Assembly: GCA_038087875.1 (NCBI GenBank)
Contig: CM075989.1
Span: 8,744,001 to 8,808,000 of the forward strand
DNA length: 64,000 bases
Direction: 5' to 3'
Origin: Malacoraja senta
Lineage: Eukaryota
Part shown: piece after piece, positions 39,961-52,300 of the stretch
How the letters are laid out: every line of letters starts with the position of its first letter
Numbering within the stretch: position 1 is the stretch's first letter
Translations under genes and position numbers: made by a program
Notes under the pieces: generated by a model
What the model saw: the letters and a program-made list of their open reading frames with translations, nothing else
Told to the model about the DNA's origin: nothing
The model's database searches: none

Positions 39961-40078
39961 TGGTTATTCCAGAACCAAAACATCTTGCATGTGAATAGTA
40001 ACTTGTGCAATCGTGGAGATTCTGACCCTTGAGAACCACTGGAATTGCAACCAGTGTTTAACGTAGGAACCATCATAA

Positions 40079-40425
40079 AGGGCCTGTCCCACTGTACGAG
40101 GTCATTCAAGATTTCTCCCGAGTTCTCCCCTGATTCGAACTCGGAGAACGTCCGTAGGAGTTTGTGGATGTCTCGTAGCGGCTCGTACGAGTAACGGTAG
40201 GTACTCGGGAAATCCGGTAAACTCGTGACGTTTTTTCAACACCGTGAAAAATGTCCACGAGTAAAAAAAATACTCGTGAGGAAAAAAATTGTTACATTTT
40301 ACTCGTACGACCCGCTACGAGACATCCACGAACTCCTATGGACCCGCTACAGACATTCTCCGAGTTCGAATCAGGGGAAAACTCGGGAGAAATCTTGAAT
40401 GACCTCGTACAGTGCGACAGGCCCC
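40079..40425. mobile_element. PIF/Harbinger-type MITE, long hairpin
   Basis: ~70-bp near-perfect inverted arms beginning AGGGCCTGTCCCACTGTACGAGGTCATTCAAG. Confidence 0.8.
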
Positions 40426-40492
40426 TTGCAATCTGTGCACAACAAAATGTCATAGCACCAGATAACGTGTGCAATGCAAGAAATATTGGCCT

Positions 40493-40630
40493 TCTTCTTC
40501 TTTCGTGTGGCATGCACAGCCTAAAGTTGTTGGACAACTTGTTCTATTTGATCTTCCGTTTGTGCACGTCGAGTTGATTGCATTAGTCAAAACAGGGTGG
40601 ACCACGTGAAGGTTGCAATCTTCCACCCCC
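40493..40630 (-). mobile_element. Short ribozyme-headed retroposon with (AAG)n tail
   Basis: TSD atattggcct at 40483-92 and 40636-45; homologous to 7379-7500. Confidence 0.78.
40576..40629 (-). ncRNA. Predicted minimal HDV-like self-cleaving ribozyme (copy 2)
   Basis: GGGGUGG-AA-GAUUGCA-ACC-UUCACGU-GGU-CCACCCU-G-UUUUGA-C-UAA-UGCAAUC; all helices fully paired. Confidence 0.78.
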
Positions 40631-42659
40631 TATATATATTGGCCTGATACCAGGCAAACACTCCTTCACTTTTGAAAAGCATCATAGCATCTTTTGTGTG
40701 GGAAGGAACTGCAGATGCTGGTTTACACCGAAGATAGACACAAAATGCCGGAGTAACTCAGTGGGTCAGGCAGCATCTCTGGAGAGAAGGAGTCTTTTGT
40801 GTCCCTCTGTGAAGGGGCCTTGGTCCATAATGTCCAGTCCATAACACGGCACCTCTGGTAGAGCAGTACTCCCTCAATACTGTCGGTAGCACCTTCCTGG
40901 TGCCAACCTTGAGCTCACAGCACTGTGTAGGAGGTGAGAGAATCGGACACTGAACCACACCTCATCTCTTGCAGCAGAGTCACTGTGTAAGCTTGTGTCC
41001 TCCCTCTCACATCTGGAGAGAGATCAGTCTGATTCCATCGCTATTCGGGGAATGAGTGAGAAACAGGCCAGAGGGGAGAGACGAGAGAGGAAGAGAGAGC
41101 AAAGGAGAAGGGGGGCGTGAGTGGGGGAGAGAGGAGGAGGAAGAGAGAGAGAGAGAGAGGAAAGGGGAGAGAACAGAGGAGAGGGGAGCAGAGAGTGGGG
41201 TAGAGAACAAAGGAGTGGATGGGGAGAGAGAGAGAGAGGAAGGGGGAGAAAACAAAGGAGGAGAGATATGGAAGAGGGCAGAGAGGAGTGCAGAGAGAGA
41301 GGAGAGGAGAGAGAGAGGCTGGGTGAGAAGCAATATGCGGCCAGTGTCAGGACACTGCACAGACACAGGTTTCCTTTCCCAACTCAACCTTGAGGCATCT
41401 CAGCCAGCGGGTCGCACTGGAGAGAGTGCAGAGGAGATTCACCAGGTTGTGTAAGAAAGAACTGCAGATGCTGGTTGAAATCAAAGGTAGACACAAAATG
41501 CTGGAGTAACTCCGCGGGTGAGGCAGCGTTCCTTCTCTCCAGAGATGCTGCCTCACCCGCTGAGTTACTCCAGCAGATTCACCAGGTGGTTGCCTGGGTT
41601 GAGGGACTGCAGTTATGGGGAGAGGCGGGAGAGGCTGGGGTTGTTTTCCTTGGACCAAAGGAGGCATTGGGGTGAGCTGCTCTAGGTACATACAAGACGT
41701 ATTGACAGGCTTGATAGTTGGTGTTTTCTTCCCATGATAGGGGTGTCAAAAACAAGGGGGCAAGAGAGTTTCAGATGAGAGGGAGAAGTTTTAACGGGAC
41801 TTGAGGGTGCGTTTCATTACGGAGCCAGGTTGATATCTGGAACGCACTTCCAGAGTTGTTGGAATCAGATACATTTTAAGAGGTATTTAAACAGGCACTT
41901 GTAGAATGAAGGCTTGGAAGGATATGGATGTAATGCAGGAAGAAGGGATTAGTGCAGACTGGCAAAAAAAGTCGAGGCGGGCAGAAAACAAAACCATGTC
42001 GGAGAAGCTCAGCAGGTCAGGCAGCATTTGTGGTGGGCAAAAGTGCTGGAGAAACTCAGCGGGTGCAGCAGCATCTATGGAGCAAAGGAAATAGGCAACG
42101 TTTCGGGCCGAAACCCTTCTTCAGACTGATGCAGGGTGGGGGGGGCAGGAAGAAATAAGGGAGTGGCCGGGAAGCATTTCAGGTCGGGACCCTTCTTCAG
42201 ACTGAACCTGATGGGTTCCAAACCCGAAACATCGCCTGTTCTTGTCCCTCCACGGATGCTGCCTGACCCGCTGAGTTCCTCCAGCAGTTTGGTTTTCACT
42301 GACGAATGCAGTATCTGCAGTTAGTTACACGTCTCTGTCTCCATGCTGCAGTGTTCTGTATCACCGGGCAGGTTGAGGGCAGGTTCAATCACCCTCAGCA
42401 TTCTCAGCTGGACGAGTGATAATGGTTGAGCGATGGCCCCAGCAGCAGCACAGTGAGTTGCTGTTTGTGGCCTGTCCACTGGGCGGTGCTGTTGCTCCTT
42501 GTGTGCTTGCTGTGGTTATTCTCGACTGCCCTGGAGGGGGCGCCACTCCCCTGCTGTCCCACAGTGGGCAGGATTTTAACCACTCACCTCCGGCCAGGCA
42601 GATGGTCACCCCCACTGTGGAACCAGCCCCTGGCTGCAAACCGCCTGAGGGTGCCATGG

Positions 42660-43702
42660 CTGCGGTATGCATCGTGGCCTGGTCTGGCAACGTGAACGTC
42701 CAGGAGCGGAAAAGACTGCCAAATGTTGTAACCACTGCCCAGTCCATCACCGGCTCTGACCTCCCCACCTTCGAAGGGATCTATCGTAGTCACTGCCTCA
42801 AAAAGGCAGCCAACATCATCAGAGCCTCGCACCATCCTGGCCACACACTCGTCTCACCACTGCCATCGGGAAGAAGGTACAGGAGCCTGAGAACTGTAAC
42901 GTCCAGGTTCAGGGACAGCTTCTTCCCTGCAGCCATCAAGTCAAGTCAAGTCATGTTTATTCGTCACATACACATACGAGATGTGCAGTGAAATGTAAAG
43001 TGGCAACGCTCGTGGACTTTGTGCAAAAAAACAAACAAACTACAAACAGAATGGAACAGAACCACATTCTTTCACATATTAAATATTGTGGGCGGAAGGA
43101 AAAAGGGAAAAAAACAGCAATTAAAAAAAAACAACCAGTAGAGTGGTAGAGTAAAGTTAGTCCCTGGTGAAATAGGAGTTTACAGTCCTAATGGCTTCTG
43201 CGAAGAAACTCCTTCTCATCCTCTCCGTTCTCACAGCATGGCCTGACCGTAGCAGCTGGAACAGTCTGTTGCTGGGGTGGAAGGGGTCTCCCATGATCTT
43301 ATTGGCCCTGGAGTTGCACCTTCTGATGTATAGTTCCTGCAGAGGGGGCGAGTGAAGTTCCCATGGTGCATTCGGCCGAACGCACTACTCTCTGCAGAGC
43401 CTTGTTGTCCTGGGCAGAGCAGTTCCCAAACCAAATCGTGATATTTCCGGACAAATGCTTTCCACAGTCGCTGGAGGATCCTCAGAGACACTCTGAATTT
43501 CCTCAATTGCCTGCTATAAAACACTACAACCTCATAAGCTCTGAACTACAATATTATTATTACTATTATTGCACTGCTACTGTTTGTTCTTTTTTTTATG
43601 AGTTTTTGTTATATTATTTATTATGTTTACATATTCTGTTGTGCTGCAGCAAGTAAGAATCTCATTGTTCTATCTGGGACATATGACAATAAAACACTCT
43701 TG
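42660..43702 (+). mobile_element. Rex1-like LINE 3' fragment interrupted by an oppositely oriented Rex1-like copy (~42938-43510)
   Basis: CIVAWSGN...HPGHTLVSPLPSGRRYRSL...FRDSFFP; the inner element has a (CAAGT)n tail and a minus-strand RQLRKFRVS...WFGN-like frame. Confidence 0.65.
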
Positions 43703-45574
43703 ACCCATGTAGGGGGCTTCCGGGAGAGTCAGGGAGGAGGTACTAGCAAGTGAGAAAGTAAATGAGAGCTGGCGTAGACTCAGTCAATGGCCTCCTTGAG
43801 CACCGTGAGAATACATTCAGGACAACAGGACGTACGGTGGCGCAGCGGTAGAGTTGCTGCCTCAAAGCGCCAGAGACCCGGGTTCAATCCTGACCACGGG
43901 TACTGTCTGTACGGAATTTGTATGTTCTCCCTGCGACCACGTAGGTTTTCTACGGGTGCTCTGGTTTCCTCCCACATCCCAAACACGTACAGGTTTATAG
44001 GTTAATTGGCTTCTGTAAAATTGTAAATTTCCCTCAGTAAGTAGCATAGTGCTGGCATACGGGGTGATTGCTGGTCGGTGGGGACTCGATGGGCCGAAGG
44101 GCCTGTTTCCCACACTGTATCTTCAAAGTCTAATGTAAAGTTTAAACTAAATGGAGTCTGAAGAAGGGTCTCGATGCGAAACGTCACCCATCCTTTTGCT
44201 CCAGAGATGCTGCCTGACCTGCTGAGTTACTCCAGCTCTTTGTATCTATCTTTGGTTCCAGCATCTGCAGTTCCTTTCTACACAGTAAAGAAAATCATTC
44301 TGCCCATCAAGATCCTGATAGCTCTTTTTGGAACGATCAGGCATTTGAGTGTGAGGGGAAGTGGCAGAGAAGAGGCCTGGGGCAGGACATCCATGATCAT
44401 TTGGTGGGACAGGCTAGAGGGCCGAGTGGCCTGTTCCTTCTCCTAGCTCCGTGTGTTAGTTGCTCCTGCACATCATGACCCTGGCTCTGTGTTTCCTGGC
44501 ACTTTGAGCTGGCAACAGTCTCCCAGTAAAATCACCCCACAATTGCCCATTCCCTGAACCTGTGGCACCGTGGGCAAGACCACTGCCCATTGCAATCCTG
44601 ATTTGCCTGTCAGTGTTTTGAGCCAGTGACAGTGAAGGAACAGCGATATGTTTCCAAGTCAGGTTGGCGAATGGCTTGGATGGCATCCTCTGGGTGGTGG
44701 TGTCCCCGTGACTTTTGCTCCCCTCCTCCTTCTCGCATTTAGACTTCAGAGAAAGTGTGTGGAACAGCGTGCGGAACAGCCCCTTCGGCCCACCGAGTCG
44801 GGGATCGATGGTCGGCGTCGACCTAATGGGCCAAAGGGCCTGTTTCCATGCTGTATAACTAAACTAAACTAACTGTGCACTAAAACCATGCATCAGTGCA
44901 AACCACAATTAGAAAACAAGTCGATGATAGTGCAAGAGGGGTTCTGTAATGTTCTGTTCTTGAGGTCGGCAGGCTTAGGGCTGTTCAACAACCCGAAGGT
45001 TGTAGGAATGTAGCTGTTCTTGAAGCCGGTGGTGTGTGACTTCAGGCTTCTGTACGGTGACTTCCTGGCCAACGGTAGCGGTGAGAAGAGAGCGTGGCAT
45101 TCAGCCAAAGGAGATATGTGGTAGAGATGCTGCCTTGCAGCGCCAGGGACACGGGTTCGATCCTGACCATGTGTGCTCTCTGCACGGAGTTTGTACGTTG
45201 GTACGTTGTACGTTGGGGAGGCTGTGGTAAACAGAGTGAGCGGGAGAAGATGAGAAGCTTCTTTCCCCCGTCACTGTGAGATGGTTCAGGCTGGTAACAC
45301 CCGCCCACAACAAGCATTATGGGTTGAAACCTGTTGCCATGGCATTGCTAGGCTGGCTGGTTACATCTGCCCGCCGTAGAATTCTTTTAAGCCGACTTAT
45401 TTCCCATTAAAACTGGAGCACCTGTGCAGATAATTTCATTCGCTTGGCTCATGTGTCAGAGTGCCAGACCCCTCACAGTGTTTGGTTGTGATTTTCACAC
45501 AGAGCTGATGATGTGGGGAGAGGGGCAAGGCTGCAATAGTCACACAGACCCAGCCAGTCAGATGTATTTCACAG

Positions 45575-46030
45575 GGCCCAGAGGAATAGATCGGGTAGAT
45601 GCACACAGTCTCTATACCTTGGAGAGCAGGAGGATGAGGGGTGATCTTATAGAGAGAGGTGTATAAAAGCATGAGAGGAATAAACCTGGTAGATGCACAG
45701 AATCTCTTGTCCAGAGTAGGTGAATCGAGGACCAGAGGACATAGGTTTAAGGTGAAGGGGAAAAGATTTAATAGGAATCTGAGGGGTAACTTTTTCACAC
45801 AAGGGGTGGTGGGTGTATGGAACATGCTGCCAGAGGAGGTAGTTGAAGCAGGGACTATCCCAACGTTTACGAAACAGTTGGACAGGTACACAGATAGGAC
45901 AGGTTTGGAGGGATATGGACCAAACATGGGCAGGTGGGACTAGTGTAGCTGGGACATTGTTGGCAGGTGTGGGCAAGTTGGGCTGAAGGGCCTGTTTCCA
46001 TGCTGTATCACTCTTTGACTATGACTCTAA
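45575..46030 (+). mobile_element. CR1/HER1-like LINE 3' fragment; representative of many (1880-2200, 3995-4370, 7200-7895, 9625-10120, 12640-13110, 27345-27627, 28945-29485, 35590-35893, 53930-55670, 58330-59070)
   Basis: RT C-terminal RTRGHRFKV...FFTQ.VVG.WN.LPEEVV motif and shared 3' tail. Confidence 0.85.
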
Positions 46031-49000
46031 TTACGCGGAGCTGGGACAGACTCAATGGGCTGAAGGGCCTGTTTCCATGCTGTATCACTCTTTGACTATG
46101 ACTCTAACTACGCGGAGCTGGGACAGACTCAATGGGCTGAATGGCCTCCCATGATCAGGGGATAGTGAAAGAGGGGAAGACAATTTTTTTCCAGAGATTC
46201 AGCACGGAAACAGGCCCTTCAGCCCACCGAGCCCGCGCCAACCAGCGATCCCCGCGTACTCTAACACTATCCCACACACTAGGGACAATGTACGGTTATT
46301 TTTATATTCACCAAAGCCAATTAACCTACAAATCTGTAGATCGTTCGAGCGTGGGAGGAAACCAGAGCACCCGGAGAAAACCCACGTGGTCACGGGGGGA
46401 ACGTACAAACTCCGTACAGACTGCATCCGTAGTCAGGATCGATCCCGGGTCTCTGCTGCTGTGAGGCAGCAACTCTACCGCTGCGCCACCGCGCTGTCCT
46501 TCTGATAGTGGGAACACGCTACGTGTCACCACGGTGACGATGCATCAAAGGAACGACTTCATGGTTGTGAAATGCAAGATTTGGTGCGGAGGTGGGGTGG
46601 GGAGTTTGGGGGGTGGGGGAGTTTGGTCGGTTGTCTGAGGTTTTCTCACACAACGTGCGGCTCCAGAGCAACACTGACGGAGCACATCCAAGGCCGAGTA
46701 ACCGCTGAGTGTGGGATCAGCCGGAGAGCCGGGCCCAGCTGCTGGGAGAAGCAGGCGGCCTGGATCTGTGCCCAAGGTTGAAGCAGCACACAGTAGGCAC
46801 AGCTGTGGGCAGCGTGTGACAGAGAGACCTGCACTGTGAGAACCCAGATGCTGCAAGGCCCAAGTATGAAAACATTCCCCTTGTCAGACCGGAGAGAGCG
46901 GGGGCTGCACTAGTCCACACCTCCCTGATCCTGGGGTTAGTATTCAGACCAGTCTGAAGAAGGGTATCGACCCGAAACGCCACCCATTCCTTCCCTCCAG
47001 AGATGCTGCCTGTCCCACTGAGTTACTCCAGCTTTTTGTGTCTACCTGGTGTTGGTTCATAAGGGTGGGGTGGCTTCACGATGGGGTGGGGAGAGGCTGT
47101 GGATCTTGCATCTCGCCTGGGTATCCACGAGCAAAGCCCCAGCCTGCTCAATGACGGTGGAGCAATGGGCAGCACAACACAACCCAGCTCACGGTGGAAC
47201 TCTCTGCCACTGAAGGCAGTGGAGGCCAATTCACTGGATGTTTTCAATAGAGAATTAGATTTAGCTCTTAGGGCTAAAGGAATCAAGGGATATGGGGGAT
47301 AAAAGCAGGAATGGGGTACTGATTTTGGATGATCAGCCATGATCATATTGAATGGTGGTACTGGCCCAAAGGGCCGAATGGCCTGCGATCACCCATGCAC
47401 TAGATCTATCCTACACACTAGGGACAATTTACAGAAGCCAATTAACCTACAAACCTGCAGGTGACTTAAACTTTAGGCTTGGAAACAGGCCCTTCGGCCC
47501 ATCGGGTCCGTGCTGACTGGCGATCATCCCGTACACTATCCTACACTCTAGGGACAATTTACAACTTTACCGAAGCTCATTAACCTACAAACCTGTACGT
47601 CTTTGGAGTGTGGAAGGAAACCGGAGACCCGGAGAAAACCCACGCACTCGCAGGGAGAACGTATGAGCTCTGTACAGACAAGCACCCGTAGTCAGGATCG
47701 AACCAGGGTCTCTGGCTCCGTAAGGCAGCAACTCAACCGCTGTGCCACTGTGCCACCCGGAAGGTGTTTGGAAAGTGATGGGTTCAAATGGTTAAATCAG
47801 CTACATTTAGTTCTGCGTAGGAAGGAACTGCAGATGCTGGGTTCCATCAAAGATAGACACAGAATGGTGGAGTAACTCAGCGGGACAGGCAGCATCTCTG
47901 GAGGGAAGGACATTTAGATCTACCTCTATCTGACCCCCCCCCTCACAACCTCCTCTGTCCCGAGGAGAACAATCCTGGCATCTCTAATCTATCCACAGAA
48001 CCAGAATCCCTCAAAGCTGGAATTGTTTTAGTAAAATCCGTCTGCACTGTCTTGAAAGCTTTCACATCTTTCCCAAAGGGTGGCTGCCAGAACTGAACAC
48101 AATTCTCCAATTGTGGCTGGACTCATGTTTTATACAGATTCTTCCTGACTTGCATGCTCTTTTATTCTGTGTGATTGTTCATGAAGCTTGGGGTCCTGTG
48201 AGCGATATTTCAGCTATTTCCTCAAGTCTGAACTATGCACCCCCCCTCCCCCCCTCCCCCCCTGCTCTTGTACCACTTTAGGCCTCTTCGAGATTGCCCC
48301 TTCCCATTTTGTTGGCGGGGGCAGATGCTCCAGTAGGCCGGGGTTTGTTGGTGGGAAGCCAACAGGCCGAGCCGGCCCCTGCTAGTTCCCCGCGGTGGGA
48401 CGCACTGTAGCCAGGGCGGGCCACGGTCCGTAGGGGGAAGCTGCCGAAACAGACCCTGCTCTTCCCCGAAGACCAGAGACTGGGAGGATGGAGCCGGTGA
48501 TGATGACAGAGGCGATGGGCGAGGAGCAAGGCCGGTCGGAGAGGGTCTGGTCTACCGCGCCCTCAAGGTCGGCTGCGGGAGGCATCCCCTGGGCACAACG
48601 GTGGACGGGCGAGGAGAGGGACGCCCGCTCGCTGGTCGATCCACGCGTCCAAGGAAGGTACTGGCTGGAGGCCCACAGCAGCCTGGGATTCGCCTGGTAC
48701 GGGCACCGCTCATAACAACTGGAGCGCAGACTAGACTTTGGCGCCTCTTGCACGCGGGCTCGGTGCACTATTTCTGTCCACTTTGCCAATTTGAGGTTGA
48801 CATAAAGAGCTGGAGTAACTCAGCTGGTCAGGCAGCATCTCTGGAGAAAAAGGATGGGTGACGTTTCACGTCGGGACCTTCCATCAGACTGTCTGAAGAA
48901 GGGTCTCGACCCGAAACGTCACCCATTCCTTCTCTGAGATGCTGCCTGTCCCGCTGAGTTACTCCAGCGTTTTGTGTCCAACCAAGAGCTGAGAGAGTTT

Positions 49001-49153
49001 GAGCTTCAAAAATAATCCTCGCCTGGTTCCTTTGTTTTCAGATCTGTATAAGACGTTGGCACCGATCCCTACGTCCTGGACACTGTGCAGAGTATCCCCT
49101 GCCGGCCTGGTCTTGGTGGCCATGGGGCACGTTGCGGTGGAAACGCCACTTAC

Positions 49154-49354
49154 CTGGTCCAGTGGGATGACCACGAAGGTGCCTCCACCGGCAGACTCGG
49201 TGACGATGGCGAGAAACCTGGGGTTGATGGCACAGAAGTGGTTGTCGTGGACGTTCTTGGTGATGGAGATGCCGTCGAAGCAGTGCTCCCGGCTGGCCGC
49301 CTTGCCGTAAACATTCCGGAACTTGGAGCTGCGGTACTGCGGACGCCATGACAT
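49154..49354 (-). CDS. CORO2B: CORO2B coding exon (MSWRPQYRSSKFRNVYGK...VVIPLDQ)
   Basis: Acceptor tag|ATG at 49355-56, donor CAG|gtaagt; coronin N-terminal basic signature. Confidence 0.95.
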
Positions 49355-52300
49355 CTACGGAGGGAGAGCAGAGCAAATTAGTGAAGGGTTGGGGCCTGGG
49401 CTCCAGTGGACAGGCAACTCCTGACAGCACCAAGTCCGGTCAGGGTGCAACCACGCTCCGATAATCCGGCTCGTCTGGCACTTTAGTGCTGATGGACCGG
49501 TCAATTTTCTGGAATACCAGATTTAATCCTATTAGTACACTGACCCACTTTTAGATTAGTTTAGTTTAGTTTAGTTTAGTTTGGAGCATAGTCTCACTGC
49601 GTGGAAACAGGCCCTTCGGCGACCTCCAGGTAAAAAGGTAATTATTTACTTGTGACCTGAGGGAGAGGAGGAGCAGAAAGGCCAACACCTGCCCAGTTGA
49701 TGTTCACCAAATCAATGTCTGGATTGAGTCTCCCGGCAGCAAGCGAGGTGGAGCCCAGGAGGATCTCTTGCCAATAGACATGCCCCCTTTTATCCGGAAC
49801 ATTCTGAGGGAGGGAAGGGGAAGAGATGTCGCGTGGAAACAGGCCCTTCGGCCCACCGAGTCCGCGCCGACCAGCGATCACCCCGCACACTAACACTATC
49901 CGACACACACTCGGGACAATTTACAATGACACCAAGCCAATTAACCTACAAACCTGCACGTGTCTGGAGTGTGGGAGGAAACGGGAGCATCCGGAGAAAA
50001 CCCATGCAGTCACGGGGAGAACGTGCAAACTTCAGTACAGACAGCGACCCAGTAGTCAGGATCGGAACCTGGGTCTCTGGGCCTGTAAGGCAGCAACTCC
50101 ACCACTGCGCCACTGTGACGCACAACGTTTTCTTACATATCACATGGTTTATTGGATATTTTGCAGTGAAACAGCCGAGATTTAAGGGGACATATTTAAG
50201 CGACTGTAGATGTGGGGAATCCTGAGGAGAGGTGCTGTTGGAATGGTCAGCAGGTCAGGCAGCATCTGTGGAAAGGATGCACAGGTGACGTTTCTGGTCA
50301 GGACCCTTCTTCTGACTGTGAAACAGTGAGTTTAAGGGAAGGATGGGAATGTGCTCCTGCCGTTTAATGGGTTGGAGGGGGTGGAGCCTAGAAGAGTTGC
50401 AAGGGAATGGGACCTTGGTGATTTTAAAAGGGCGCAAGAGGACAGGGCCAGATGTGTTTGAAGGGGGTGTGGGAACGGTGAGTTTAACATTGGAAAAAGA
50501 ACCAGCTGAAGCAGACACTGAATTATTGGGTGGGAACTTCAGAAACCCCAGATAGAGAGTTGTAGAGTGTGGAAGCAGGCCCTTTGGCCCACCTTTTCCA
50601 TGCTGTCCAAGTTGGCATTCTGGGCTAGTCTCAATTACCTGCATTTAGCCCCTAGTCCCCTAGACTCTTCCTATCCACAAATCTGTCCAAATGTCTTTTG
50701 AAAGGTGTAGTAGTTGTACCAACTTCTATATCTTCTTCTGGCAGCTCTTTCTAGATATGACCACCCTCTGAGTGAAAAAGTTGCTCCTGAGGTTCCTGAT
50801 AAATCTCTCCCTCTCACCTTAAAACTTTGACCTCTAGTTTTAAAAATGTTCTTCTCTGGGGGAAAAAAAAGCTGTGGGCATTCACTTTCTCCATGCTTCT
50901 CATGATCTTGTAGATCTCGAGAAGGTCACCCTCAGCTTCCCTAGTGGGTCAACGTGATTTCACTGTACAGGCACCTTGCGTTTTACATGGGCTTACCTGC
51001 TTGAAAATAATATATACGTGACTACGCTGTCAGCGGTCAATTTGAGCACGTTATTCCAAAAATACCAGCGTGTTAATCAAGCTTTGGTATTAATGGAACA
51101 AATAAGTTATTTCAAAAACACTTAACTCAAACACTCGTAAAGTGTGAGGTGCGTGTACCACTATCCCGTCTGATTAGTTGGTCCACGCGCAAAAAAAGCT
51201 TTTCACTGTACCTCGGTACACTTGACAATAAATGAATGAATGAATAGGTTTATTGGCCAAGTATTCACATACAAGGAATTTGCCTTGGTGCTCCGCCCGC
51301 ATGTGACCACATGACATACAGTGACAGTTAGGAATGACACATAAAACATTAAACATTAACAATAAAACATTATCGATTAAACATGTGAATTGAATAAGAT
51401 ACCAGAGCAAAAGAAGACTACAGATGTTTGGTTATTGAGTAGAGCTACTACTCGTGGAAAAAAGCTGTTTTTATGTCTGGCTGTGGCAGCTTTGACAGTC
51501 CGGAGTCGCCTTCCAGAGGGAAGTGATTCAAAGAGTTTGTGGCCAGGGTGAGAGGGTTCAGAGATGATCTTACCCGCTCGCTTCCTGGCCCTTGCAGTTC
51601 CCTTGGCCCTTAAACTAAACTGAACTGATTCCTTGGCATGCGTCTGACATAAGTCAAGGCACTGCAGGACTTCAAATGCCTTCCATACCGCTCTGGGTGC
51701 CCCTTCAACTACGTTGGAGTTTGAGATGGAGATTGAGTTTGAGTTAGTTCATTGTCACGTGTACCGAGGTACAGTGAAAAGCTTGTTGTTGCGTGCTAAC
51801 CAGTCAGCGGAAAGGCAATACTTGATTAGTGCAGGATAAAGAGTAGTAGAGTCTGATCACAGATAGTCCGAGGGTCTCCAATGAGGTAGGTAGCATAGAA
51901 ATGTGACGAGTGTTTCCCGTGCATGGAATCAGGCCATTCAGCCCAGAATTTCTTTATCTCTGGCAACAAACCGTAAATCGTAGTCTCTGACACCACAGGG
52001 AAAGGCCATTTGATCCCTCTCCTCTGTACAAGCTGTTTGAAAGAGAGATCTAATTGCAGTGGCAGCACAATGACGCAGCTGGTAGGGCTGCTGCTCACAG
52101 CACCAGAGGCTCAGGTTCAATCCTGACCTCGAGTGCTGTCTGTGTGGTGTTTGCACGTTCTCCCTGTGACCACCTGGGTTTCCCCCGGGTGCCCCTGTTT
52201 CCTCCCACATGTAGGTTAATTAGCCTCTGTAAACAGGCACTGGGATAACACAGAGCTAGTGTGAATGGGTGATCAATGATCAACGTGGACTTGGTGGGCA

